The notes beneath the pieces were generated by a model that worked only from the letters and a program-made list of their open reading frames with translations, made no database searches and was not told where the DNA came from. From NCBI GenBank assembly GCA_035525015.1, contig DATLFC010000074.1:3277-67276 (forward strand): a stretch of 64,000 nucleotides of DNA. The letters are read 5' to 3'. The translations under genes were made by a program, and so were the position numbers. Below are positions 19,564 through 29,378 of this stretch, one piece after another. The stretch comes from Thermoanaerobaculia bacterium (GTDB lineage: Bacteria > Acidobacteriota > Thermoanaerobaculia > Gp7-AA8). The stretch's first letter is position 1. The number at the start of each line of letters is the position of its first letter.

Positions 19564-20319
19564 CTCGATTGCGCTCCGCAGGAAGGCCAGTCCCTGGATG
19601 GTCCTCGTTCCGTGCCAGGTGAAGAGATGGCCGGGGAACGGGCCGATGACGCGCGCAGCCGTCGCTTCGCGCACCTCGCCGGCGTCGGCCTGCCGGAACT
19701 CGTAGGGCTCGTCGGGCAGGAAGATGATCTCCGGCTCCAGAGATGCCATGCAATCGAGCTCCATCTGCGGATAACGATCGCGGAGGCCGAGGACGTTTTC
19801 GCCTCCCGCGCTTTCGACCAGGGAAGAGACGTACGTGTCGCCGCCGCACCACATCCACGGTTTCTTCCAGATGGCACAGGCGAACGTGAATCGCCGCCGC
19901 GGCATCAGACTGCGCTCGCGATCGAGCTCCCCGATCACCTCCCGCGCGCGGTCCGGGCGCCCGTGGATGCCGCCGAGCGTGGCGATCAGCTCCGCCACTC
20001 CCTGCACGCTTTTCGGCTCGGTGACGAAAACGGGGGCGAACTGCTCGATCTGCTCTGCGTGCCTGCGGAGGTTCTCTTCAAGATTCATGTGAACGAGATC
20101 GGGCTGGAGGGCGCGGACCGCGTCGACATCGGGATTCTTCGTCCCGCCGACGCGCGTACACGAGATGGATGACGGATGAATGCACCACTCCGTCGCGCCG
20201 ACGACAGCGGCCCCGGCGCCGAGATCGAACAGCGTCTCGGTCAGCGACGGTACCAGAGAGACGACGCGCCGCGGAACGGCGTCGAAACGAAACTCGCGGC
20301 CGCGTGCATCGGTGATCAC
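19546..20319 (-). CDS. Class III (BtuF/TroA-like) periplasmic-binding-protein fold protein, apparently without signal peptide
   Basis: Vitamin B12 / siderophore-type SBP similarity (VVSLVPSLTETLFDLGAG..VVG). No N-terminal signal sequence and no upstream room for one. Confidence 0.55.
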   Translation of the reverse strand: MITDARGREFRFDAVPRRVVSLVPSLTETLFDLGAGAAVVGATEWCIHPSSISCTRVGGTKNPDVDAVRALQPDLVHMNLEENLRRHAEQIEQFAPVFVTEPKSVQGVAELIATLGGIHGRPDRAREVIGELDRERSLMPRRRFTFACAIWKKPWMWCGGDTYVSSLVESAGGENVLGLRDRYPQMELDCMASLEPEIIFLPDEPYEFRQADAGEVREATAARVIGPFPGHLFTWHGTRTIQGLAFLRSAIELHEAP

Positions 20320-20337
20320 GTCGGGCGATTCTACCGG

Positions 20338-21177
20338 TCAGCTGATCTGTTTCCGGTACTTCGGATCGAGCGCATCGATCAGGCCGTCGCCGAGGAAGTT
20401 CAGGCCCATGACGGCCAGCATGATGGCGATGCCGGGGAAGACGGCCAGGTGATTGGCCAGACCGAGGTAGCGGCGGCCGGCCGTGAGCATCGCCCCCCAC
20501 GACGGGGTGGGAGGCTGTACGCCGAGACCGAGGAAGGAGAGGGCTGCCTCGGAGAGGATGGCGCCGGCGAGACCGAGGGTGGCCATCACGATCACCGGAT
20601 TGATCACATTCGGCAGGACGTGGCGGATGATGACGCGCGGCGAGCGTGCGCCGAGCGCCTTTGCCGCCGTGACGAACTCCATCTCCCGGACCTTGAGCAC
20701 CTGGCCTCGGACGAGGCGGGCGTATCCCACCCAACCGATTGTCGCCAGCGCCAGGATGACGTTGTTGAGACTTGGCCCCAGCACCGCCACGAGCGCGATG
20801 GCCAGAAGGATCCCCGGAAACGCCAGCAGGATGTCGCAGATTCGCATCACCAGGACGTCGATCGCGCCGCCGAAATAGCCGGAGATCGCGCCGAGCGTGA
20901 CGCCGATCAGCGAGGCGATGATCACGACGCTGAATCCGACGCGCAGCGATACGCGCGAGCCCCAGACGATGCGCGAGAACACGTCGCGGCCGAGATCATC
21001 GAGTCCGAGCAGGTGTTCATCCGACGGGGCCTCCAGACGCCGGGCCGTGTCCTGTGCGAACGGGTCGGCAGGGGCGATCAGCGGCGCGGCGAGCGCCACG
21101 ACCACCAGCGTCACCGTCAGGACCAGCCCGGAGGTGAACGCGAAGTTTCGCATCAGTTGTTTCAGCGTCTTCTTCAT
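20338..21177 (-). CDS. ABC transporter permease, DppC/OppC family
   Basis: Six transmembrane helices and the EAA-like loop region (ILSEAALSFLGLG). Confidence 0.85.
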   Translation of the reverse strand: MKKTLKQLMRNFAFTSGLVLTVTLVVVALAAPLIAPADPFAQDTARRLEAPSDEHLLGLDDLGRDVFSRIVWGSRVSLRVGFSVVIIASLIGVTLGAISGYFGGAIDVLVMRICDILLAFPGILLAIALVAVLGPSLNNVILALATIGWVGYARLVRGQVLKVREMEFVTAAKALGARSPRVIIRHVLPNVINPVIVMATLGLAGAILSEAALSFLGLGVQPPTPSWGAMLTAGRRYLGLANHLAVFPGIAIMLAVMGLNFLGDGLIDALDPKYRKQIS

Positions 21178-22097
21178 TCCAGCTTGATCCTCGGGTCCGC
21201 GACTCCGTAGAGGAGATCGCTGATGAAGTTCACCAGGATGTAGGTCAGGGCGATGACGAGAATCGAGGCCTGCACCTGCGGGTAATCGCGCGAGCTGATC
21301 GACTGGATCAGCAGACGTCCCAGCCCCGGCCAGGAAAAGATCTGCTCGGTGATGATCGCGCCGGTCAGGAGCGAGCCGAACTGCAGCGCCAGCACCGTGA
21401 TCACCGGAATGAGCGCATTCTTCAAGGCGTGGGTGAAGATCGCCTTCATCTTCCCGACGCCTTTGGCCATGGCGGTCGTCACGTAGAGCTGCCCCAGTTC
21501 CTCCGCCAGGCTCACACGGATCATGCGCGTCAGGATCGCGGCGAGCGACAGTCCCATCGTCAAGGACGGGAGAACAAGCGATCGCAGACCTTCTTCACGA
21601 CCCGATACCGGGAACCACGGCAGATTGATGGCGAAGGCGATGATCAGCAGCGGTCCGAACCAGAAGCTCGGCATGGATACGCCGATCAGAGCGAAGAACC
21701 GGGCTACGTTGTCGATCCACGAGTTGCGGTAGATCGCCGAGACGATGCCAAGGGGGAAGGCCACCAGCAGCGCGACGAACATCGATCCGAACGCCAGCTG
21801 CATCGTGGCCGGATACCGGAGCCGGATCTCCTCTGCCACGCTCTCTCCGGTGCGGAACGAAGTGCCGAGGTCGCCACGGGCCAGGTTCCTCAGGTAAGTG
21901 ACGTACTGCTGCCACAGCGGCTGATCGAGTCCGAGGGCCTTGCGCACGTTCTCGATGTCCTGCGGGCGCGCCCCCTCGCCGGCGATCTGCACGGCCGGAT
22001 CGCCGGGGATGAGATGGATGAGCGCGAAGATGAGCGTGAGGATCCCGAGCGTAATCGGGATCATCTGCAGCAGGCGCCGGATGATGTACTGCGTCAT
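21174..22097 (-). CDS. ABC transporter permease, DppB/OppB family
   Basis: The N-terminal MTQYIIRRLLQMIPITLGIL...GDPA is the DppB signature. ATGA overlap with the downstream permease. Confidence 0.85.
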   Translation of the reverse strand: MTQYIIRRLLQMIPITLGILTLIFALIHLIPGDPAVQIAGEGARPQDIENVRKALGLDQPLWQQYVTYLRNLARGDLGTSFRTGESVAEEIRLRYPATMQLAFGSMFVALLVAFPLGIVSAIYRNSWIDNVARFFALIGVSMPSFWFGPLLIIAFAINLPWFPVSGREEGLRSLVLPSLTMGLSLAAILTRMIRVSLAEELGQLYVTTAMAKGVGKMKAIFTHALKNALIPVITVLALQFGSLLTGAIITEQIFSWPGLGRLLIQSISSRDYPQVQASILVIALTYILVNFISDLLYGVADPRIKLE

Positions 22098-22135
22098 GGG
22101 GCGGAACCGAGCCGGTGCAAACTCCGTGTCACTCT

Positions 22136-23482
22136 TCAGCCGGCCGTGAAGTTCCAGCCGCGGATTCGCACCGTGGGAGCCATCGTTCCGCCGAAAGCGT
22201 TGTACCAGGTGCCGATGGCGCGCCGCTCACGAGTCAGACCATCGACCTGTGCGAACGCCTCGACGATCGACTGCGTCCAGCGGAGATTCGGGAGGCGGGC
22301 AGTCACTCTCCCGTCGCGGATGAGGAATGTCCCGTCGCGCGTCGTTCCCGTCATCAGCGCGCTTTTCGGCTCGAGGAGCCCGTTCACGTAATTGAAGCGA
22401 GTGACCCAGATGCCGCGCTCGGTCGAGCGGATGAGCTCCTCACGCGTGGCACCCCCCGGGTCGACGGTCAGATGAAACGCTGCGCCATGCTCGGGTGACC
22501 CGAGATGCCAGGCGTTGCCGGTGGCGGGGATTCCGAGTCGGTCCGACCACGCTTTGTCGACCACCGGCGTCCGGATGACGCCGCGCTCGATCAGCGGAAT
22601 GCGCCGCTTCGGAATCCCCTCGAGGTCGAACGGGAAAGGCATGAACGCCGGATCGGCGGCGTCATCGGCGATGGTCAGCGACTCCGACAGCTTGCGGATG
22701 CCGAGATTTCCGACGAAGAACGAGGAGCCGTCTTCGTAAGACTGGCCACAGAACGTGATCATGTTCATCCAGTCGAGCACTTCCGCGATCGCGGCCGGCT
22801 CGAGAATCACGTCATACCGCCCCGGCTGGAATGCCTCCTGCGAGCCTGAGAGCATCGTCGCCTTCCCGGAGGCCTCTTCCCCCAGCTCCTCGATCCGGAT
22901 GGCCGCGGCGCTGCGGGCGCAGCGGCTGGCGTATCCCGATGTGTTGCCGTGCAGGGCGATGACCGTCGCGTCGGCCAGCGTCGCGCGGCAGAAACGACGG
23001 ACACCGCTCGTGTTGCCACAGGCGACGGCGACGGCGGCGGTGCTGTACGAGCCGGCGAACCGGATCGAAGACCCGGCGCCGCGATCGAACATCGCCCGCA
23101 GCTCGCGCGCTTTGCCGGCCGGCGGCAGCGCAGCCGTGGTCTCGTCGAACGTCGGCAGATCGGGTGCGGCCTCCGTGCCGCCGTAAAGCCCCTGGAAGCG
23201 TGGAAGGGGCCGAGCGTGCCTGGCCGCCTCTCTCGCCAGTGCCGCCGTGCGGCCGATCTCGTCATCATCGAAGGACGTCGTCGACGCCACTCCCATCGCT
23301 CCGTTCACTACGACCCGCAGCGACAGCTCCGCGGCGATCTCGGACATGTTCTGATGAACGTTCGAGTCGGCGAAGCGGCTGATGTTCCGGTCGGTGGCGA
23401 TGACGGCGGCATCGGCCTCGTCGGCCTCCGCCGCGCCGAGGGCGCGCTGCAGGATCTCGAGCGCCCTCGACTCGCTCAGCAT
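22136..23482 (-). CDS. pmbA: TldE/PmbA-family protein (non-catalytic partner of TldD)
   Basis: TldD/PmbA fold without HExxxH. Start MLSESRALEILQ overlaps the tldD stop (TGATG). Confidence 0.8.
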   Translation of the reverse strand: MLSESRALEILQRALGAAEADEADAAVIATDRNISRFADSNVHQNMSEIAAELSLRVVVNGAMGVASTTSFDDDEIGRTAALAREAARHARPLPRFQGLYGGTEAAPDLPTFDETTAALPPAGKARELRAMFDRGAGSSIRFAGSYSTAAVAVACGNTSGVRRFCRATLADATVIALHGNTSGYASRCARSAAAIRIEELGEEASGKATMLSGSQEAFQPGRYDVILEPAAIAEVLDWMNMITFCGQSYEDGSSFFVGNLGIRKLSESLTIADDAADPAFMPFPFDLEGIPKRRIPLIERGVIRTPVVDKAWSDRLGIPATGNAWHLGSPEHGAAFHLTVDPGGATREELIRSTERGIWVTRFNYVNGLLEPKSALMTGTTRDGTFLIRDGRVTARLPNLRWTQSIVEAFAQVDGLTRERRAIGTWYNAFGGTMAPTVRIRGWNFTAG

Positions 23483-24945
23483 CACGCCATTTCTACTCCG
23501 CGAAACCGCGCCGCCGGTGCGCCGTGCGCCACGCGCATCGTCTGCATGGGGTCGCCCTTGCCACAGTTCGGAAGTCCCCATACCTGCCAGCTGGCGGCAT
23601 CGGCGACGGCGTCGCAGGCCCGCCAGAAGTCGGGGGTCGTGCCGGTGTAAACCGGATTCTTCAGGAGTCTGCCGATGCGGCCGTTCTCGATCTCCCAGGC
23701 GATCTCACAGCCGAACTGAAAGTTGAGCCGGACATCGTCGATCGACCACGACCTGTTCGTGTCGATGAGGATGCCGCGAGGCGTGTCGGCGATGATGTCG
23801 GCCAGCGGCGTCGCTCCAGGCTCGAGATTGATGTTCGTCATCCGGATGATCGGGATTCTGGCCGCGCTCTCGGCGCGCACCGTCCCGTTGGAGCGCCGTC
23901 CGATGACCGGCGCGGTGTCGCGGCCGGTGAGATAGGCGACGAAGATCCCGTTCTCCACCAGATGAAAGCGCTGCGCCGGGACTCCGTCGTCATCGAAGGC
24001 AAACGAGCCGATCGCTCCCGGCACGGTGGCGTCGGCGACGATGTTCACCAGGTCCGAGCCGTAGCGGAAGGTTCCGAGCATGGGCGGCTGCAGAAACGAC
24101 CCGCCGGCAAGCGAGATCTCCAGCCCCATGGCCCGGTCGAGCTCGGTTGGATGCCCGCACGATTCATGGACCTGCAGCGCCAGCTGTGACGATCCGATGA
24201 TCAGGTCGCACCGTCCCGCCGGCGCTTTCGGCGCCTCGAGCAGCGCCAGCACCTCATCGCGGATCTGCAGCCCTTTGGCGGGGAGGTCGAGGCCTTCGAT
24301 GAACTCCCACCCCGCCGCCTGGTAGTCGCCGCCGAATGGATTCGGATAGGTGCGGCGCTGGAAATCGCCGTTCGCGATCGCCACGGCGTCGATGCCCCCG
24401 CCCATCTGCGTCGTGGTCTGCTCGAGAAAGCTGCCCGCGGTCGATGCGAAAGCTTTTTCCTGCCGGTAGCAGGAGATCTCGCCCGAGACCTGGTGAATGC
24501 GGCGGTCGCCTCGCATCGGCTCGGTCGCCTCGAGCAGGCGGTCGATCTTTCTGTCGAGCGGGATCGACCAGGGGTCGATGGCAAAGGAAGACGACCATGA
24601 ACCGACGTGCGGCTCGATCTCGCTCAGCGTCACCTTCGCCGTCGAGGCGATGTTGCTGGCGGCCGCAACGTCGAGGGCGCGCCGGGCTGTCGCCCGCAGC
24701 GACTCCTCCGATGTGTCGGCGCTGGCGGCGAATCCCCAGCCATCGCCCACGAGCACGCGCACTCCGACCGCCCGGTCGACCGTCGAGGCCAGGTGATCGA
24801 TCTCGCCGTTGCGGACCTTGATGTGCTGCTGCAGCGTTCGCGTATACCGTACGTCCGCGTAGCGGAGCGAGCGCGCAGGCAGCGATGAGAGAACCTCGGC
24901 GAGCTGGTCTCGCCCCGGAGTCATGCGGTGCGGAATTATAGACAA
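23482..24945 (-). CDS. tldD: TldD metalloprotease
   Basis: TldD/PmbA family with the zinc-binding HESCGH motif. Confidence 0.85.
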   Translation of the reverse strand: MSIIPHRMTPGRDQLAEVLSSLPARSLRYADVRYTRTLQQHIKVRNGEIDHLASTVDRAVGVRVLVGDGWGFAASADTSEESLRATARRALDVAAASNIASTAKVTLSEIEPHVGSWSSSFAIDPWSIPLDRKIDRLLEATEPMRGDRRIHQVSGEISCYRQEKAFASTAGSFLEQTTTQMGGGIDAVAIANGDFQRRTYPNPFGGDYQAAGWEFIEGLDLPAKGLQIRDEVLALLEAPKAPAGRCDLIIGSSQLALQVHESCGHPTELDRAMGLEISLAGGSFLQPPMLGTFRYGSDLVNIVADATVPGAIGSFAFDDDGVPAQRFHLVENGIFVAYLTGRDTAPVIGRRSNGTVRAESAARIPIIRMTNINLEPGATPLADIIADTPRGILIDTNRSWSIDDVRLNFQFGCEIAWEIENGRIGRLLKNPVYTGTTPDFWRACDAVADAASWQVWGLPNCGKGDPMQTMRVAHGAPAARFRGVEMA

Positions 24946-24981
24946 CGCACAGACGGAACGCAGTTTGTAATGTCCGGCGGC

Positions 24982-25779
24982 ATGAAACGCTCCGTTGCCC
25001 AGCTCCTTTTCATCCTGGCCGCCGCCGTTCCCGCGTCCGCCTCATGGACCGACGTCGCCGCAGGCGTGGCCTATCGCCGCTTTGTTTCGGAAGGGCGCGA
25101 CATTCACGCGGCCCGGATCGATCTGCGGCGCGTGGACATCCTCACCACGCCGGAAGCCGATCGCGGTCTCGTCGTCAGCGAATTCGCGGAGCGCCGCGGA
25201 ACCGTCGTGGCGGTCAATGCCGATTTCTTCGATCGCGATCGGAACCCGGTCGGGTTGTCGGTCGGACCATGCGGACCGTGGGAGGGCACGGCCGACAACG
25301 AGCGGCAGGCGGTCGTTGCCTTCGGCGACGATCGCGTCGAGATCTATCCGGAAAAGGAGCTCACGCCGCCGGAACCGTGGATGCGCGGAGCCGTTTCGGG
25401 ATATCCCGTCCTCGTGCGAGGCTGCCGGGCCCGGACCTCGTCCGAGCTGCCGGGGGGTGACCTCTTCACCCGTTCTCCCCATCCGCGCACGGCGGTCGGC
25501 TTCTCGCGAGATGGAAACACGATGTACCTGGTGGTCGCGGACGGGCGGCGGACGGAGGTTCCCGGCCTCACTCTCCCGGAGCTGGCCTCATGGATGCGGC
25601 GGACGCTGAAGGTGTGCTCGGCCCTGAATCTCGACGGGGGAGGATCGAGCGCGATGTGGGTCGGCGGACGGATCGTCAATCGGCCCAGCGACGGATTGGA
25701 ACGGCCCGTGGCCAACCATCTCGGCGTCGTGACCGCCGGAAGCACTGCCGTCGATTGCGATCAGCCCGGCCCGAAGTAA
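24982..25779 (+). CDS. Secreted phosphodiester glycosidase family protein (DUF2233)
   Basis: Signal peptide MKRSVAQLLFILAAAVPASA. C-terminal LNLDGGGSSAMW is typical of DUF2233 / NAGPA-like proteins. Confidence 0.6.
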   Translation: MKRSVAQLLFILAAAVPASASWTDVAAGVAYRRFVSEGRDIHAARIDLRRVDILTTPEADRGLVVSEFAERRGTVVAVNADFFDRDRNPVGLSVGPCGPWEGTADNERQAVVAFGDDRVEIYPEKELTPPEPWMRGAVSGYPVLVRGCRARTSSELPGGDLFTRSPHPRTAVGFSRDGNTMYLVVADGRRTEVPGLTLPELASWMRRTLKVCSALNLDGGGSSAMWVGGRIVNRPSDGLERPVANHLGVVTAGSTAVDCDQPGPK

Positions 25780-26132
25780 TGGCAGCGGGACGTGCAGGTC
25801 TCCTCAATCGTGACCCTGTGCAGTCCGGGAAGCGACGGCGCGAGACGGTCCCAGATCCAGATGGCCAGGATCTCCGAGGTCGGATTCTGGAGGCCGTCGA
25901 TCTCGTTGAGGAAGTAGTGGTCGAGTCTGGCCAGGAGCGGGTCGACAACCCGTTTCAGGTCGGCGAAATCCATCACCCACCCGCTGCGCTCTCCCACCTG
26001 GCCGCGCACAGCGACCTCGCCGCGGAACGAGTGACCATGGATGCGGCGGCACTTGTGTCCTTCTGCTACATTCGGCAGGTAGTGAGCGGCTTCGAACCGG
26101 AAGTCCTTTACGAGCTCGACCGGGCCTGGCAT
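25761..26132 (-). CDS. queD: 6-carboxy-5,6,7,8-tetrahydropterin synthase QueD
   Basis: 123 aa with PTPS motifs (FEAAHYLPN, CRRIHGHSF). Start trimmed to MPGPVEL. Confidence 0.85.
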   Translation of the reverse strand: MPGPVELVKDFRFEAAHYLPNVAEGHKCRRIHGHSFRGEVAVRGQVGERSGWVMDFADLKRVVDPLLARLDHYFLNEIDGLQNPTSEILAIWIWDRLAPSLPGLHRVTIEETCTSRCHYFGPG

Positions 26133-26195
26133 GCCCGGCGATTCTATCCGCCGCCGTTTGCACTGGTAGACCTTTTGCTCTGATGAGGCTCTGTT

Positions 26196-26615
26196 ATGAG
26201 CAACTACACAGCCACCGACCCGGGCCGGTCCCTTGGAACCATCATCAAGGAGCTGACCGCAGACTTCTCGACGCTGTTCCGAAGCGAGGTCGCGCTTCTG
26301 AAGCTCGAGATCAAAGACATGTTCGCCAAACTCGGGACCGGGGGAGCCATGATGGCAGGGGCGGTGTTCCTCTCCATCTTCGGCGTGGCGTTCCTGTTCG
26401 TGACCGTCACCCTCGCGCTCGTCGCCCTCGGTGTGCCGGCATGGGTCTCGTCGCTGATCGTGACGATCGTCCTCTTCGCCGGCGCGGGTGCCCTGGCCAT
26501 GCTGGGCAAGAAGAAGATCGCGGCCGTGCAGTTCGTTCCCAGCGGCTCGGTCGAGCACATCCGGGACGACATCGAGTCCATCAAGTCCGATATCGAGCGT
26601 GTGAGGAGCCGCTGA
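26196..26615 (+). CDS. Holin-X / phage-holin-3_6 family membrane protein
   Basis: Two transmembrane helices and an N-terminal amphipathic segment. The profile is typical of holin superfamily III-like proteins (PF07332). Confidence 0.5.
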   Translation: MSNYTATDPGRSLGTIIKELTADFSTLFRSEVALLKLEIKDMFAKLGTGGAMMAGAVFLSIFGVAFLFVTVTLALVALGVPAWVSSLIVTIVLFAGAGALAMLGKKKIAAVQFVPSGSVEHIRDDIESIKSDIERVRSR

Positions 26616-26616
26616 C

Positions 26617-26913
26617 ATGGCCGACACCGAGCATCAGAAAGTTCACATCGAGCGCGCCATCGAGCGCGCGCGTGAGGGCGTGAGTGAGCGCATCGACGAG
26701 CTCGATCACAAACTCCGCTCCTCCTTCAACCTCGGCGCCACCGTCAGTGAGCACGCGCCGCAGATGATGGCCGGCGGCGCCGCCCTCGGCTTCCTGGTCG
26801 GTTTCGGCTTCCCGAAGCTCTTCAGGAAGCTGCTGAAGGTCGGCGTCCCGGTGGCGCTCGTATCGCTGGCCGTGATGAAGGCGCGGAACGGCTCCGGCGA
26901 CGATCTTTCATAA
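26617..26913 (+). CDS. DUF3618-like small membrane protein
   Basis: Frequently paired with the preceding holin-like gene. Single C-terminal transmembrane helix. Only 1 nt separates it from the upstream stop. Confidence 0.4.
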   Translation: MADTEHQKVHIERAIERAREGVSERIDELDHKLRSSFNLGATVSEHAPQMMAGGAALGFLVGFGFPKLFRKLLKVGVPVALVSLAVMKARNGSGDDLS

Positions 26914-26918
26914 CGACC

Positions 26919-27995
26919 TCACTTTTCACTGCGCACGTAACGTCCCCCCGGCAGAGCCCGCACCCATCCGCCGATCTCCAGCTGCAGGAGTGATTCGGCG
27001 ACGCCGCCCGCGCTGCGCCTGAGCTGCGCGGCGATCGCATCGATGTGGATCGCCTCGCTGCGCGTCAGCACCGACAGCACCTCGCGCAGCGGCTCTGGCG
27101 GCTCCTCCGGCTCCCGCCGCCCGGCCCGGAATTCACCCGGCAGCTCTTCCAGCACGTCGTCGATGTCGTGCACCAGCTTGGCGCCGTACTGGATCAGCCG
27201 ATGGGTACCCTCCGATCCCGGCGTGAAAATCGAGCCGGGGACGGCGAATACCTCCCGGCCCTGTTCGGCGGCCATCCGGGCGGTGATGAGCGAGCCGCTC
27301 CGCCCCGTCGCCTCCACGATGATCGTTCCGAGGCAGAGCCCGGAGATGACACGGTTCCGGATGGGAAAGTTCTCCGGCAGGGGAGGGGTCCCGGGAGCGA
27401 ACTCGGAGAGCACCAGCTGCTCGACCTCGAGGCGGCGCAGCAGCCTTGCGTTGGCACGCGGGTAGGCGCGGTCGATGCCGGTGCCGAGGACGGCGATGGT
27501 ATGGCCGCCGGCATCGAGAGCGGCGTGATGCGCCGCAGCATCGACACCGAGTGCGAGGCCGGAAACGACGGTCAAGCCGGCGTCGGCGAGCTGCCGGGCC
27601 AGCGAACGGGCGGCGTTGATGCCGTACGGCGATGCCCTTCGGGATCCGACGACGGCAATGCATGGGCTGCCCAGCAGTGCCGCGTCGCCGCGGAAATGGA
27701 GAGCCAGAGGCGGATCGATGATCTCGCGCAGCAGAGCCGGATAGGTCGCATCCTCGAGCGTGATCGTCGACCCCCGCAGCGCGAGGATCTGGTCGGGCGA
27801 GGCGATGGTTAACGGATTCTTTACCACCGTCGCCTGATCCGGCGTTACGCTCAGCAGCGCCGCGAGAAATTGCGGCGAGGACGCGGCAACGTCCTGGAGA
27901 GAGGCGAAATGTTCGCGCAGGAGTCTGCTTCGGCTCGGTGTCAGAAAAGGGACGAGCGAATAAGCGATCAAACGATCGCGATTCTCATGTTGCAT
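26919..27995 (-). CDS. dprA: DNA-processing protein DprA (Smf)
   Basis: DprA Rossmann-fold motifs (VVGSRRASPYG, VSGLALGVDAAAH, GSLITA). Confidence 0.9.
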   Translation of the reverse strand: MQHENRDRLIAYSLVPFLTPSRSRLLREHFASLQDVAASSPQFLAALLSVTPDQATVVKNPLTIASPDQILALRGSTITLEDATYPALLREIIDPPLALHFRGDAALLGSPCIAVVGSRRASPYGINAARSLARQLADAGLTVVSGLALGVDAAAHHAALDAGGHTIAVLGTGIDRAYPRANARLLRRLEVEQLVLSEFAPGTPPLPENFPIRNRVISGLCLGTIIVEATGRSGSLITARMAAEQGREVFAVPGSIFTPGSEGTHRLIQYGAKLVHDIDDVLEELPGEFRAGRREPEEPPEPLREVLSVLTRSEAIHIDAIAAQLRRSAGGVAESLLQLEIGGWVRALPGGRYVRSEK

Positions 27996-28066
27996 GGGGT
28001 TACGGAAGACGAAACGCGGCGCAACGGCGGAGGCCGGTCAGGTGGGCGCGGTCGAGTATAATCGCC

Positions 28067-28072
28067 CGGCTT
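28067..28072 (+). promoter_or_regulatory. Candidate sigma-70 -10 hexamer TATAAT upstream of the lipoprotein operon
   Basis: A perfect TATAAT lies 68 nt upstream of the ATG at 28140. The -35 element is weak. Confidence 0.3.
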
Positions 28073-28139
28073 TGCCTCGCCAAGCCGCTCGTGCCGAGGA
28101 GCGGTGGTTTCCAACTCCCGAGCCCCAGGAGACCAATCG

Positions 28140-28670
28140 ATGACTGCACGCTCTCTGGCACTGACCCTCCTGCTGGCCGTCGGAAGCGGAGGGTGCGCGA
28201 GCAGCAGCGACCCGGCCACCCTGCAGGAGAGATTCGGCGTCCGGATGGCGAAGATGAATCTCTGGCGCGAAGCGATGTTCCGTTTCCAGCGCGCCGTGGA
28301 GATGAATCCGGAAAACGCCATGGCCCACAACAATCTGGCCGTGGCGCTGGAGGCGAACGGCGATTTCGATGGGGCGGGGGAGGCATACCGCGAGGCGATG
28401 CGGCTCGACCGCTCCAACGAGTACATCCAGAAGAACTACAGCCGTTTCGTCGAGTTCACGACGCGCGAACGGCGCCGGCAGCAGGAACGCCGTCCGGCGA
28501 CCCGCACCGCGGCGTCGACGCCCGCAACGTCCAGTGTGGCGGAGCAGCCGGCGGAGCCGGCAGACGCCGAGCCGGTCGAAGTCGCGCCGGGCGATGCCGG
28601 GCCCGAACCGGCGCCGTCCGAACAACCGCCCCCTCCGGCGCCACCGAATCCCCCGGGAGGTTCCTCATGA
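28140..28670 (+). CDS. TPR-repeat lipoprotein with Pro/Ala/Glu-rich C-terminal tail
   Basis: Lipobox LLLAVGSGGC. TPR-like helices (AMAHNNLAVALEANGDFDGAGEAYREAM). A low-complexity PEPAP tail. Confidence 0.6.
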   Translation: MTARSLALTLLLAVGSGGCASSSDPATLQERFGVRMAKMNLWREAMFRFQRAVEMNPENAMAHNNLAVALEANGDFDGAGEAYREAMRLDRSNEYIQKNYSRFVEFTTRERRRQQERRPATRTAASTPATSSVAEQPAEPADAEPVEVAPGDAGPEPAPSEQPPPPAPPNPPGGSS

Positions 28671-29359
28671 AGCGTTTCGCCGTCGTCGCCGCTCTCGCTC
28701 TCGCCTCATGGCCGGCCGCTGCCGGCGTGCTGGAGGTGAAGCTGAAGCTCCCGGTCAAACCGAAGCTGCAGATCGAGGGCGACGAGCGGATCGCGATCGC
28801 GCCGTTCATCATCGCGAGCGACGGGGAGCGGCGGAACGACCGCGCCGCGCGGGTCGATCTCCAGGCCGAGTTCCACCGCTATCTCCGGAAGCAGCTCAGC
28901 AAGAGTACGAAGCTGCGCGTCGTGGATGTCCCGGCCACACGCCTTCCGGGTGTCGATCTTCAGTCGCTCGAGGCCGCTATCGACTACTGGAGGAGCCTCG
29001 GCCTCGAAACCGGCGCCGACTACATCGTGACGGGGTCCGTGGACTTCGACATCAACGACAAGTCGGGATACCGGACCGAAGAATTCGTCTCGCCGGCTGA
29101 CGGACGGACGTTCTACCGGCAGGTGCTCGTCGAGTCGACCGGCTTCATCTTCGACATCGATCTCGTCGTGTTCGACGCCGACACGGGCGAGAAGGTCGTG
29201 GAGGAGAGCTTCCGCGACTTCAAGGAGTTCGACCAGCGGCATTACGACGAGATCCTCGGGCTCTTCGAAAATCTCCGCGCCCTGGAGAGTCAGCTGGTCG
29301 GGATCTTCGTGCCGCAGGAGACGTCGGCCAGCCGTTACGTATTCAGCAAGAGTCGGTGA
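28667..29359 (+). CDS. Periplasmic LpoB/CsgG-like protein
   Basis: Signal peptide. IAIAPFI...GADYIVTGSV resembles the LpoB/CsgG-type fold signature. ATGA overlap with the upstream lipoprotein gene. Confidence 0.45.
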   Translation: MKRFAVVAALALASWPAAAGVLEVKLKLPVKPKLQIEGDERIAIAPFIIASDGERRNDRAARVDLQAEFHRYLRKQLSKSTKLRVVDVPATRLPGVDLQSLEAAIDYWRSLGLETGADYIVTGSVDFDINDKSGYRTEEFVSPADGRTFYRQVLVESTGFIFDIDLVVFDADTGEKVVEESFRDFKEFDQRHYDEILGLFENLRALESQLVGIFVPQETSASRYVFSKSR

Positions 29360-29378
29360 AGCTGCCGGTGGAGGCTCC

